A program made the translations under genes and the position numbers. Shown here one piece after another: positions 27,011-38,517 of a stretch of DNA of 64,000 nt. Positions within the stretch are counted from its first letter, which is position 1. Every line of letters starts with the position of its first letter. The notes beneath the pieces are model-generated. The model did no database searches. It worked only from the letters and a program-made list of their open reading frames with translations, and was not told the DNA's origin. Source of the DNA: Octopus vulgaris (taxonomy: Eukaryota); assembly GCA_951406725.2 (NCBI GenBank), contig OX597816.1, forward strand, positions 175,150,001 through 175,214,000, in the 5' to 3' direction.

Positions 27011-27206
27011 AATCTTTGAAAAAGTTCTTGTTGCTTAACCTCAATTTTAATCTGTCTGGTATGTAACTACCAAAACCTGAACCAAGAAAGGTCAGCATAC
27101 ATTTTTGAAATGTAGTACATATGTTGTTGTATACCTACATAGAAACACATAATTGCATACTTATTCTCTTTGGTTCCATTTACCCTATGATATTAACCAA
27201 CAAGTC

Positions 27207-27480
27207 TTATACATTATTTACTTTTGACAGGTATTTGTCTTCATCTTGTTTGTTGTTAACACGTTTTGGCTGATACACCCCCCAGCCTTCATCAGGTGTC
27301 TTGGGAAAATTTCAAACCTGGGTTCTCATTCCTAAGGTATTTTTCGATGTTATTATTATTACTATTATTCAGGTCACTGCCTGGAATCGAACTTGGAATC
27401 ATGGGGTTAGTAGCCTGTGCTCTTAACCACTATGTCATATGCCCTTGTACATAATTCCTCATCTCTTAAATATAGAACTG
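27207..27480 (-). mobile_element. tRNA-headed SINE with a decayed hammerhead motif in its 3' part
   Basis: Minus-strand A-box TGACATAGTGG and B-box GTTCGATTCC, (AAT)n linker, then ACAC CTGATGA AGGCTG..CAGCC aAAAC GTGT. 9-bp TSD caacaagtc at 27198-27206 and 27481-27489. Confidence 0.7.
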
Positions 27481-27489
27481 CAACAAGTC

Positions 27490-28600
27490 ATAAAGGCAAA
27501 CTTTGAACATGGAAGTTCACCATTGGAGATCTTCCACTAGCTTTTGACGGATGAACTGTTTCAGTATACAGTGGATGAAACAAATGACTATGCTGAAAAC
27601 CATTCCCAGCATGTCAGACCTGGGCATGGTGGTGATTGGTTTCCAACCATTGGGGGCAAAATCAAAGTTCTGCTTGCCCTCCTGATACTGATGGGCATCG
27701 TCAAGAAACTGACTCTGGCATCATATTGGGATTGGGATCCAGCCATGTTGGCGCCTTTCTTTCTAGAAATGATGCCATGTGATCGATTTCTGATGCTTCT
27801 TCAAAATCTACATTTCAACTCAGGAGAGAACCAGGATGACAGGCTCCACAAAATATGTCTTATCGTTGACGAAGTGGCTGAAAATTTCAGAATGGTGTAT
27901 GTCCCCCACACAGGACATTTTGTACAGATGAGAGTTTGTGGAAATTCAAGGGAAGGTTCTGATTCAAACAATACAACCTGACCAACTGTGTCTGCTTTGG
28001 AGTCAAGATTTATAAAGTATGCCAGTCAACAGGCAGAGCCTATGGGCACATGTGGAGTTACAAAATCTACACTGGTCAGGACAGATTGGACCTTCCAGCA
28101 TCTACTCTAGCGTCAACTGTTGTCATATTGTCACTGAATGAAAACTTGGTTGACAAAGGCTACAATATTTATATGGACAACTGGTTTTCCAGTTCAGGCC
28201 CCTTCCTGCAGCTTCAGGTGAGGAGGACTAATACCTGTGGGACTGTGAGGATGTACAAGAAAAACATGCTGCCTGATCTTCACAAGGTAAAACTTTGAAG
28301 GAGGGAAACAGCATGCCGATGCACTGATAGGGGCATTTTCACTCTAGTGTAGCGTGACAAGATAAATGTCTGCATGTTATCTACAATACATTCTGCAAGC
28401 CTGAAGGACACTAGGAAATGATGCAGATGGTAATGCCATAATGAAATTGAGTGTAGTTGTTTCATACAATGAAGAGATAGGCAGGGTCGGTCACTCAGAT
28501 TAGCTGGCAATGAGGCACAAATCGGTAAGAAAGTTTGTGAAATGGTGCAAAAAAATTTTCTTGACCACACTAAAGTCAATTTTTGAATTCAAGTGATTGT
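27490..28600 (+). mobile_element. piggyBac (PGBD4-like) transposase remnant
   Basis: VDETNDYA, LLILMGIVK...SYW, M..DRF..LL..LHF, DRLHKI, IYTGQD, GYNIYMDNWFSS, TCGTVR; multiple stops and frameshifts. Confidence 0.85.
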
Positions 28601-28754
28601 AGATACATGAAGTCGGTCTGATTTGTGCTGTCGAGTCATCTTATTCAGGAATAATACTGCATGAGTATCCTGCACAGGGATATAATTTAGATCAATATAC
28701 GTTGAATGTTAACTCGCACTGAGTGCTGACCTCAGTCGGCATGATTACTGTTGC

Positions 28755-29598
28755 CATGCCTGTGGAAGAGGCAGACCCAGGAAAACCTGGGACGAGGTGG
28801 TGAAGCACGACCTTCAAACTTAAGGTCTCACAAAGGAAATGACTAGAGACCAAGTCCTCTGGAAGTGTGCTGTGCGCGAGAAGACCCGGCAGGACAAGTG
28901 AGTCCATAACCTGTAGCCTTCTACTTGGGATGGAGCCAGCCTATGTATGCATACCTTCCCTTCTTGGGACACAAAACTCTACTTGTGAAGACCTGTTGAG
29001 GCAAGTGAGGATCAGAATCGAAATCGATCAATGGAAATTGCAGATGTGTTACCAGTGCCGGTGGCATGTCGAAACTCTACTTGTGAAGACCCGTTGAGGC
29101 AAGTGAGGATCAGAATGGAAATCGATCAATGGAAATTGCAGATGTGTTACCAGTGCCGGTGGCATGTCGAAACTCTACTTGTGAAGACCCGTTGAGGCAA
29201 GTGAGGATCAGAATGGAAATCGATCAATGGAAATTGCAGATGTGTTACCAGTGCCGGTGGCATGTAAGAGAACCTTCCGTTTCGCGACCGTTGCCAGCAC
29301 CGCCCCGTTTCGTGTCCGTTGCCCGCCTCGCCTGGCCCTTGTGTCGGTGGCACATAAAAAGCACCATCCGTTCGTGGCCGTTTGCCAGCTCTGTCTGGCA
29401 CCTGTGCGGGTGGCACGTAAAAAGCACCCACTACACTCACGGAGTGGTTGGCGTTAGGAAGGGCATCCAGCCGTAGAAACACTACCAGATTTGACTGGGC
29501 CTGATGAAGCCTTCTGGCTTCACAGACCCCAGTAGAACCGTCCAACCCATGCTAGCATGGAAAACGGACGCTAAACGACGATGATGATGATGATGATG
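28755..29598 (+). mobile_element. RTE 3' end with an internal 3 x 98-bp tandem duplication (28974-29265)
   Basis: GRGRPRKTWDEVVKHDL-like coding end, RTE 3' UTR and (GAT)n tail; repeat units start at 28974, 29072 and 29170. Confidence 0.9.
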
Positions 29599-31256
29599 CT
29601 CAGGCAACCAAATGAATGACTGCCATAAACTGGTTAAAGCAGTTGATGTAAATGTATGCCGAACCATTGTCGAGTGCTAATTGCTGATCTCAATGCAACC
29701 TAATTGCTTGATAAAAAAGGAAAAAAACGTCATGGGGTTAATCATGTTGAATACTTGTTATGCAAATACCTATTTCTTTACTGCCCACAAGGGGGCTAAA
29801 CACAGAGAGGACAAACAAGGACAGACAAACGGATTCAGTCAAGTTTATCGACCCCTGTGCGTAACTGGTACTTAATTTATCGACCCCGAAAGGATGAAAG
29901 GGAAAGTCGACCTCAGCGGAATTTGAACTCAGAACGTAACGTCAGACGAAATACGGCTACGCATTTCGCCCGGCGTGCTAACATTTCTGCCAGCTCGCCG
30001 CCAATTTGTTATGCAAATACCATTGATATAAAGCGCATGCGCTTTTGACAGGAAGAGGAAGAGAGAGAATGACCATTCGGAATAGCATTCAAGACTATGA
30101 CTAAAAATTAATTTCTTTGAACCAGGATTTACTGGTTATACATTACAATACTATAACTTCAAAATAAAAGGTTTCATTTTGTTGTTTATACTTAATCTAT
30201 AAACATGTTACATTTTTTTGTTGTTGGCCATTCAATTTGGTTGAATTAACAAATTCCCTTCTTTCTCAGGATACCTTCTGTCTCTTTTGACCGACTTAAT
30301 TCATTAGCAAATTGCAAGGGCTCTTTGGCTATTTAACTCTATTTTTGCAACATTGTGTATGCAAAAAACATTTGACTCTTCTGGAGAGCTGTTTTCTGCT
30401 TTTCTTCTAGAATTAAATGCTGTGCACAGAGACAGCAATATTCCTAGTATGTAATATGGAATTCCCTGACTTATATGTGTTCTCAATTTTTTTAAAGCAA
30501 TTCTCTGTTGTGTCTGTTATCAGTATATTTCATATGAACAAGTGTGATGTGTCCCTCTTTGGAGAGCATTTTCATGATATTTGAATATGGTATTGGATAC
30601 AGCTGTATCATTTCTTTTCCTGAAAATATGTTTAGCAGTTATGAGACTGTTGTCTCATAACTCTCAATAAACTGGATGGAATTGGTGATTACAGTAGTTG
30701 TCATGGTTGAAGATTATGTGAAACGAATCATTGCTTTCTTTCTGCTTTATGTTGGATTTATCAAAAATGGTAAAATTGCATATTTTTTATTTGCATTTCT
30801 CTTCTGATTTCACAATTTTTCATAAAGTACTGTGTAAATTTGATCAAGGAAATGATTCAATTATCACACTAAATATGCTTATATATGATAAAATGCTTTG
30901 GTGTTTGATTAAATATGTGTCTCTATAAATCTCAAAGACCATAAGCTGGTGCTTAACCCTGCAAACATTATCATTAGCTGTTTTACTTCCTGTTTAGAGA
31001 AGATATCAGTCTGCCTTGGGTAACATTTTAAAAAGGTCCAAACAGCTAGGTCATGTGAAACATTGAATTAAGTGTCTTGGCCAGGCACAACAAAACTGGT
31101 ACTGAGTTTGAAGTCCAAATTTTATCCACTTGGCCATGTTGCTTCTATGAATATAATAAAAGGGGATTTGGGGGTGGAGATGGGGTGTTGGTTTTATAAA
31201 AATTCATCCTTTAACTATTTTATTGTTTGCTAAACTTTGTCTATTAATTATTGTAG

Positions 31257-31405
31257 GTAGAATAAAGAGTAAGAAGTCTTTAAATGTCAGGACTTTTGGA
31301 AATGTTGAAAGAAAAAGGGCACTTTTATGTGAATTATTGATGTCTGATCTTTGAAAATGTCAACTGACCTGACAGTAAACTAATCCTTGAAATTTGATGG
31401 AAATG
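31257..31405 (+). other. Possible additional 5' UTR exon of staufen
   Basis: T-rich tract and tgtag acceptor at 31256, consensus donor ATG|GTAAGT at 31406, non-repetitive sequence. No transcript evidence. Confidence 0.3.
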
Positions 31406-34400
31406 GTAAGTTTTGTTTTATATACATGTGCAAAATAGTCAGTTTTTAACCATCAATTTTAAAGCAGCTCAGAATAAATTTTACTAATTGAAACCATTAG
31501 AATCTTCACATAAGTCTATTCTAGTGGCACAGAATTTTGAAGTCCTGGAACTAGTAATTTCTTTGGAGGTGTTTTGAGCAGACTTTCTTTTGCAGGAAAT
31601 TATCAAGTTGCTGGAAAAATTGGTAGTCGTCGGTTGGTGAGCAGCCTGAAGAGTAAACTGGATGAAGTACTTTCATAGTGCTGTTTGTTAATTTCTGTCA
31701 TAGCTATAGAGAAATATCAGTCCTTTTCAATTACCAGTACTTCTCTGCTGTGATGATTTCACTGGATGCAAGAAGTAGTGGATGATTTTTCTTGCTGAAC
31801 ACCAAGTGGTTATCATAATCTCTTTCATTTGGGGAAGTGTGCTCGTGTTTCACCTCTGTTTGTCTACTGTTGATAGCTAAAGTGAATCCACTTTTGTGAA
31901 ACATCACAATGCAATCAAAAGAAACTCAGAGCTGACTTTGTAATTGTAACTTTTATCAATCAGCTGTTTAATTTTACAGTGTGGTGCAAATGTTGAACAA
32001 CTGTTGAAAAGTAAATATTTCGACCGTCTACAAAATTGTGTCATTTTGTGTGTACTTAGTAATCACCCTGAGTGGTCCTAGTCAATCACAGAAGGTCTTT
32101 TGCAACCTTTTTCATCTGCAAGTCTCTTGTCTCTCTTAAATTTTGGAACTTATATTAAGCAGTGCATTTATTGATATTCCCTTTGCCAAGTGCTTGGTTG
32201 ATATTACAAGCAGTTTCTGCTTTACATTTGGAACTCAATAAAATGTCTTGAAATTGCATTTTTTTTTTTTAGGACAGTATAAAATAGGTCATCAAGCATG
32301 AAATTTGTAGAGAAGAAAAAAGGTTGCTAATATTTTATAAATACAAGGAATAGTTTTATTCATCAAAGTATGCATCCATATTGTCAATATACTTTTGCCA
32401 TTTCTTTAATAATGCACAGAGTATTCCTTTCAGTATCAGCCAAATTTCCCTTAAAGCACATCTAAAGAGTGAAATGTACTGCCCTTCTGCATGACATATG
32501 TATACTTATGCATATGCACTATAGGAATATATGATACAATGATATCAAATCAATGTAAAATATGCTTAAAGATAGCACGTATGCACTAGTCTGTGTGTGT
32601 GTGTATGTAAGTTCATTTCTGTGACTGGGTGGTGCATTGTGTTCTTGAGTAAAGCACTTCATTTCACATTGCTCTGGTTCCCCTTCGATCAGGGTAGATG
32701 GTTGGCCTGCTCACCTAGCCAGCAGGGTGGCATGATTTGAAGGCTAAAACAATGCGAAAGCGCTTTGTGACCAGCTATGTGTGACATCTGATAGCCTGGT
32801 CAGTCACATGATTGTGATTAAGTAAATATTTTAATAATAATGTTTATACAATTATTAATTTTTTAATTATATTACTCAGATCCCCTTTAATTTATCAGAA
32901 AATCATTTTATTTATTTATAGTAGTTCTGTCATTATCATCTTCCATAGTTTTTTTTTTTTTTTTTTTTTTGTTAATTATAACACAGTGTTCGTGTATCAA
33001 AGTCAAGAAAGTATATTAAAATCAAGGCGTATTTAACAATTAACCATTTTCGCCTGATCAGGTATCAAATTCGCACTATCTTCAGTGAACTTTATGTGTT
33101 TTGCGACTTCTGAAACAAATTTATCATGATATTTTGTTGCTTATTGTTAAATAAAGTTCATCACATTTCTTCATCATTTATATCTTTATATACTCCTTAT
33201 TCTTTTCTCATGTATATTACTATATACTCTATATGGTTTATGTTATGACAAACTAAGGAGCTTTTTTACGAATTCTACCAGATTACTTGAATCCATATAC
33301 TATGACTTATATATATTCATCATCATCAAGCATCCATTATTCATGCTGCCATGGGTTGAACAGTTTGATCAGGGCTGGCAAGCTGGAAGGCTGCACCAGA
33401 CTCCATTTTGATTTAGGATGGTTTCTATGGCTGGATGCCCTTCCTAATGACAACCACCCAGAGAGTGTAACGGGAGATTTTACGTACCACCGGCACAGGT
33501 GCCATTTGTGTGACACCGGTATCTGCCATCAATGGGTCTTCTTCTCAAGCACACCATAAACATAAGCAAAATTATATTAAAAATGTGTTCCTTGTTACGA
33601 CAAAAATGTTTCTTCTGGCATGAGGAGGCAATCAAAAAGTTGCTGTCTTTTGTAACAACCTACCTATACAAACATATTTTCCACTCTAATGAAAGCAGAA
33701 TAATCGATTGGGCCCCGAAGACTGTATCCAAATTGCTCTGGCATGAAAATGTCCCAGTTTCGATGTGATTATAACAAAAATGAAACATCATTTCTCCGGA
33801 ACCTGAAGGGAAAAAGTTTCTAGAAAAACCCTTTTGTTTCATAATAAGGATATTAATTTATCACATTTGTTTATATCTTTTATATTTAGGATTGTATTCT
33901 TCGTATAAATAGATTCAGTAAACCTTTTGAATTCAAAGAATCTATGATTTTCTTTCAAATCAAGGGGGTAATGTCAGCATAAGTAGATATATTTTGGGGT
34001 AATTGGTTTAAAAAGTTCCCTGACCCCTGCTATAACCTTTCATCATCTGACACAAGATCTCCTCCAATGCCTTCTCCCCTTTCAAAGTATCTTTGTCTTG
34101 CAAGTTACTTGGTGATCCTGCCAGTGCTGATGCCTTGTAAAAAGCATCCAGCTCACACTGTAAATTGGTTGGCATTTGGAAGGGCATCGAGCTATAAAAA
34201 CTCTGCCAAAACTGACCTCACCTCTGTTTATGCCAAGTAAAAAGTACTCAGTCCATTGTGCTGGTTGGTTGGTTGGTTGGCTGGTGTTAGGAAGGGCATC
34301 CAACTGAAAAAACCCTGCCAAAACAGACACTGAAGTCTGGTCAGCTCCTGTCAAACTGTTCAGCCCATACCAGCATGGCAGGCAGACATTAAGTGATGAT

Positions 34401-34847
34401 GATGATGGTGTAAAAATCAATGGAACAAAGTTATCATTGTGGATGGGACTTGCATATGATGGCAGACTATTGCAGGAACTTGGCTTGTGGTTTTAGAAAC
34501 AATGATGTAATTTGTCTGTATAAATTTTAAGATTTTTACTAGTTTTTCAGTAGAATTTTAAGAAAAAAACATTCTGGTTCTAAAGAAAAACAAATTTGTA
34601 TGTATGTTTGTATATTATGCCTTGTACCTCATAAACTGATTTATTGATGAAGCAATGAAATTCTATGGATTCTCTATTTTAAAATCTTGATATGATGGAA
34701 ATAAATGGCTTCCATTTTCAAACTGTATGTCAAAAAAAGCCTAGTTCAGCTCCAAATTTTTTGACAACAGAGGAAAAAATTCTTTTGTTGACCTGTAATA
34801 TTTATTGAACTTGGTTTCTTTTTTCAGATTGTCTATAATATGTTGTC

Positions 34848-34926
34848 ATGTCTCAAATACTGAAAAATAATCCTAAAATGAAGTTACCAACCACAAACCA
34901 AGGAACTATGCCTGTTCCACCTTCAG
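34848..34926 (+). CDS. stau: Staufen (dsRNA-binding protein), first coding exon; exon spans 34828-34926, MSQILKNNPKMKLPTTNQGTMPVPPS+G
   Basis: Acceptor tttcttttttcag ends at 34827 and donor TCAG|gtaaga starts at 34927. ATG 34848 follows an in-frame TAA (34836-34838). The 79 coding nt (phase 1) join the next exon as G+TG=Val. Confidence 0.75.
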
Positions 34927-35434
34927 GTAAGATAATAATATTGTTTTTCATTGGTTCACTATAATTATACATTTTTCCTGTACTATAAAGTTAATTATTT
35001 GAGGAATATCTATTACTAATACTTATATATGTATGAATTATCTATGCAATATTTGGAGTATTGCTAGTTTAAGTGAATACATTTAAGTATAGCATAATAA
35101 TCCCTCAAAATGAATACTGTTGGAAAAATGGAGAAAATACGGATTGATTCATTACTAAAAGATTTCTATTACATCAAAGAAAATGAATAAATAATCTAAC
35201 ATTTTAATATCCGTAAGTTGATGAACAAACCAAATTTGTTTCTCCATTTTCTTATTTGTATTATAAATTTATGGTAAAAATATTTCTTTACTTTCACCCA
35301 TTTAATACAATAAATGACTTAATTGCATTGCAATTAAAAACATTTATGTATTGAGAATTTGGGTACTTTACCAACAGTATATTGGATAACTGATATCCCA
35401 TAGTGGGTTACACCCATAACCCCTGTTTTACTTT

Positions 35435-35484
<50 letters not shown>

Positions 35485-35834
35485 TTATTTCAGTCTTTAG
35501 ACTGCAACCATGCTGGTGCCCCACCTTGAATTTTTATTTGTTTTTTTTTAGTCAAATAAATCAACCCCAGTACTTATTATTTTTGTTTTAAGCCTGGTAC
35601 TTATTCTATTGGTTTCTTTTGCCAAACTACTACGTTACAGGGACTTAAACACATCAACATAGGTTGTCAAGTGTTGGTAAGGAACAAGCACAAATACAGA
35701 CACACACATACAACAGGCTTTTTCAGTTTCCATCTGGCAAATCCACTCACAAGGCTTTGGTTGGCCCAAGGCTACAGTGTAGAAGATGCATGCCCAAGGT
35801 GCCACGCAGTGGGACTGAACCTAGAGCCATGTGG

Positions 35835-36085
35835 TCGCAGAAATTGTCTGACAGCCATGACTTGGTTCTCCTACTTGTGCGGCATGGTGCAGAGTCCTGT
35901 TGCCAGCCATAGGGTCTTCCAGCAGCCACCCTCTTGACCTAGGGCAAGTGCTATTTCCTCCAGACACTTGATGTAGGCCTCTGTGTAAAGTCTCAAGCTG
36001 TGTGAGAAGATGAATGGTAGCATAACATCGCCATCACTGGTGATCACTCCAAACACCATGATGTTAACTCGATGTTTAATTTTTA
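35835..36085 (-). mobile_element. Tc1/mariner-superfamily transposase fragment
   Basis: IMVFGVITSDGDVMLPFIF...YIKCLEE and WQQDSAPCRTS..TKSWL (second catalytic Asp region). Confidence 0.75.
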
Positions 36086-36676
36086 TTACTCTCAGTACAT
36101 GTACTCAGATTGACATGCAAACACTCTGAAATGTTTGTATTGGAGTTTCTGTTGTGAATGCCAAGCAGTACAACATGTGGTTTCCAAATTTCTGGCAGAC
36201 TGAATTGTGTCATAGTGCTGTTTTTTTCACAGGCAGTACCCAACTGACCCTACTATACTGTGTAGTCAGCAAAGTCAAAAACAAGCAATGTACATGTCCG
36301 AAATTAAAACTATAAAATGGTGACAACATACCTATCACACCCACTATATGTACATATATAATAGCTATATAAATACATGTATATATGTGAGGATGCATAG
36401 CTTAGGATGTAGCACTCGCAATTGCGAGATCATGATTTCTTTTCCTAGACTGGGTGGTGTGTTGTGTTCTTGAGCAAAACACTTCATCTCACGTTGCTCT
36501 GCGATCACTGAGAGTCCTGATGTGTATCACACAGTGCATCTGTTCAGACAACATCAGTTTGATGGAGAGAGTGAGCTAATGTACAGCACATACATTTGAT
36601 CACTAGAAACAATTCATTTGTGCAGGTTGTTCAGCAAATGCTGAGCACTCAAATATCATCTTTAGTGGGAGAGCCC

Positions 36677-36713
<37 letters not shown>

Positions 36714-36869
36714 CATAGATATGTGTATAAAAATATTTGAAAGTCTATGAGGATTACTTAATACAGTTTTTGAAGTGTAAAGGTGATTTTTCTAAAAAAA
36801 ATTTATTGTTAAAAAAAAATGTTATGAGAATGAGGATGTTACTAACCTTTTTTGTGAAGAAGGTTTTTT

Positions 36870-37797
36870 TCTAGTGTGTAAGCGCTTTCGTTAAACCTTT
36901 TCAAACACACATGCTCTTAATGAATATGTTGTTAGTTTTGTGGTAGTGATAGTATTATTTCCAGTTTATGTTCAGACTTTTGGTTTACGTCATAATTATT
37001 CTTTTACCATTGTTTATTATATAGAATGTTGGCTATTTTCAGTTCAATTTTGGATTTAGAAAAGTATTCTTTTTTTGCCTTTTGTAGCTGTACACTTTCA
37101 TCTTTTATTTTGTAAAATGGGAACATTTAAAATTTTTCATTTGCGCAGATATCTAGGTGTTCACTGCATGAGACATTCCTAAGAGAAGAATCCCTAATTT
37201 GTTGTTTATGCACATTTACATGGCTGGTGAGTTTCCTTCCTGTCTCCCCAATGTAGTTTTCATTGCATTGTGGGCATGTGATGTAGTAGATGTGTTTTTT
37301 TTGTTTTGCAATTCATACTTGCATTCACTTTTAATTCCTTTCCATTCTTGAGTCTTTTGGCTGTCCCTTGCTTAATTAATTTACATGTCCCACAATGGGG
37401 CTCTCCACAGTTGGTCACTTGCATCGATTCTTTTTCAAATGTGAATCCCACCTTTGTTAGGAGTCTCTTGAGGTTTGGTGGTTGTTTTCAACTGTTGATA
37501 ATTTGTGGTTTTTTTAATTATTCGTTGGAGATCTGGTGATATGGAATTGAGTAGTATCATTTGGCTGAGTGCAGGTGTTGTGGTTTCTAGGATTGTGGGT
37601 GATTACAAATGGAATATTTGTATTTGTATTTTTATTTTCACACCTGGCCTGAGTGTTTCTCCATAAGGTAGAGATCGACATTTCCTTTGCTTTTGTTATG
37701 GCATGTTGGGATATTTTTGTTGTTGAAGGAATGTATTAAGTTCTGCCAGTCATTTCTCTCGTCTAGCATTATCTGTGACTATTGAGAGTATGCACCT
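36870..37797 (-). mobile_element. Penelope-like element 3' half (post-RT region + GIY-YIG endonuclease + 3' UTR)
   Basis: CGEPHCGTC...MNCKTKK..YYITCPQCNENYIGETG...HKQQIRD...SEHL; degenerate hammerhead at 36874-36910 in the same orientation. Confidence 0.8.
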
Positions 37798-37799
37798 TT

Positions 37800-38476
37800 T
37801 AAAACTCCAATAAACAGAAACAGACACCTGGAGGAATATATAATATATTCCTGAAAAGGTCTGCTGACTCAAACATTCCAGCAAACCCTATAAAACAAAA
37901 TATTACAGACTAGCAGTATAGCCTGGTGTTGCTCGGGTTTAAGTTCGGATTATTAAGCTAATCAACCTCTTTATTTCAAACCAAACTAAATAACATTGAT
38001 GTAAAATTTGATGTAAAATTTCCAGCAAGTAAAATAGAATGCCCAAAAGGGCCCCCGAATGTTCAGATCACAACTAAGTATGTATATATATATGGGCAAC
38101 ACACACAAACATATACATACATACACCTATTGCATACATGTTTTTTGTATGCCCTTTCCCCCCCTCCCCCCGAGTAATACCATCATTTGAAGCAAATTTG
38201 GCACCTGGATGTAAGTTTTGTAAGAGGAATAGAGAGGCCTACCTTCTCCCACAGAGATGTAAGAGTCTGATTTCTCCTTTCGAAAACTTGTTTACAAAAT
38301 AATAGCTGATCATTTGCAAAGGAGCGTGTCTACAGTCAACACTTAGGATTTTTGCTCTGGTAACTTCTGCTCTCTCCCATGTTCATGCACGACCAGCTAT
38401 ATATCGCTATGAGAAGAGCAATGGATTCAGCTAATTTGGAAATTAGTTGTGGAGAAACAGAGAATATCGTTTATAT

Positions 38477-38517
<41 letters not shown>

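Noticed and set aside
27375-27445. tRNA genes at SINE heads
   Set aside because: Acceptor stems are broken, and the heads are joined to SINE bodies, some with TSDs.
30150-30720. Possible additional PLE or mariner remnants here, at 31470-32420 and at 33590-33830
   Set aside because: Too degenerate to assign without a homology search.
33040-33090. Weak CTGAAGA or CTGACGA hits here, at 38650-38672 and at 49039-49110
   Set aside because: I could not build convincing stems I and III or a GAAA box.
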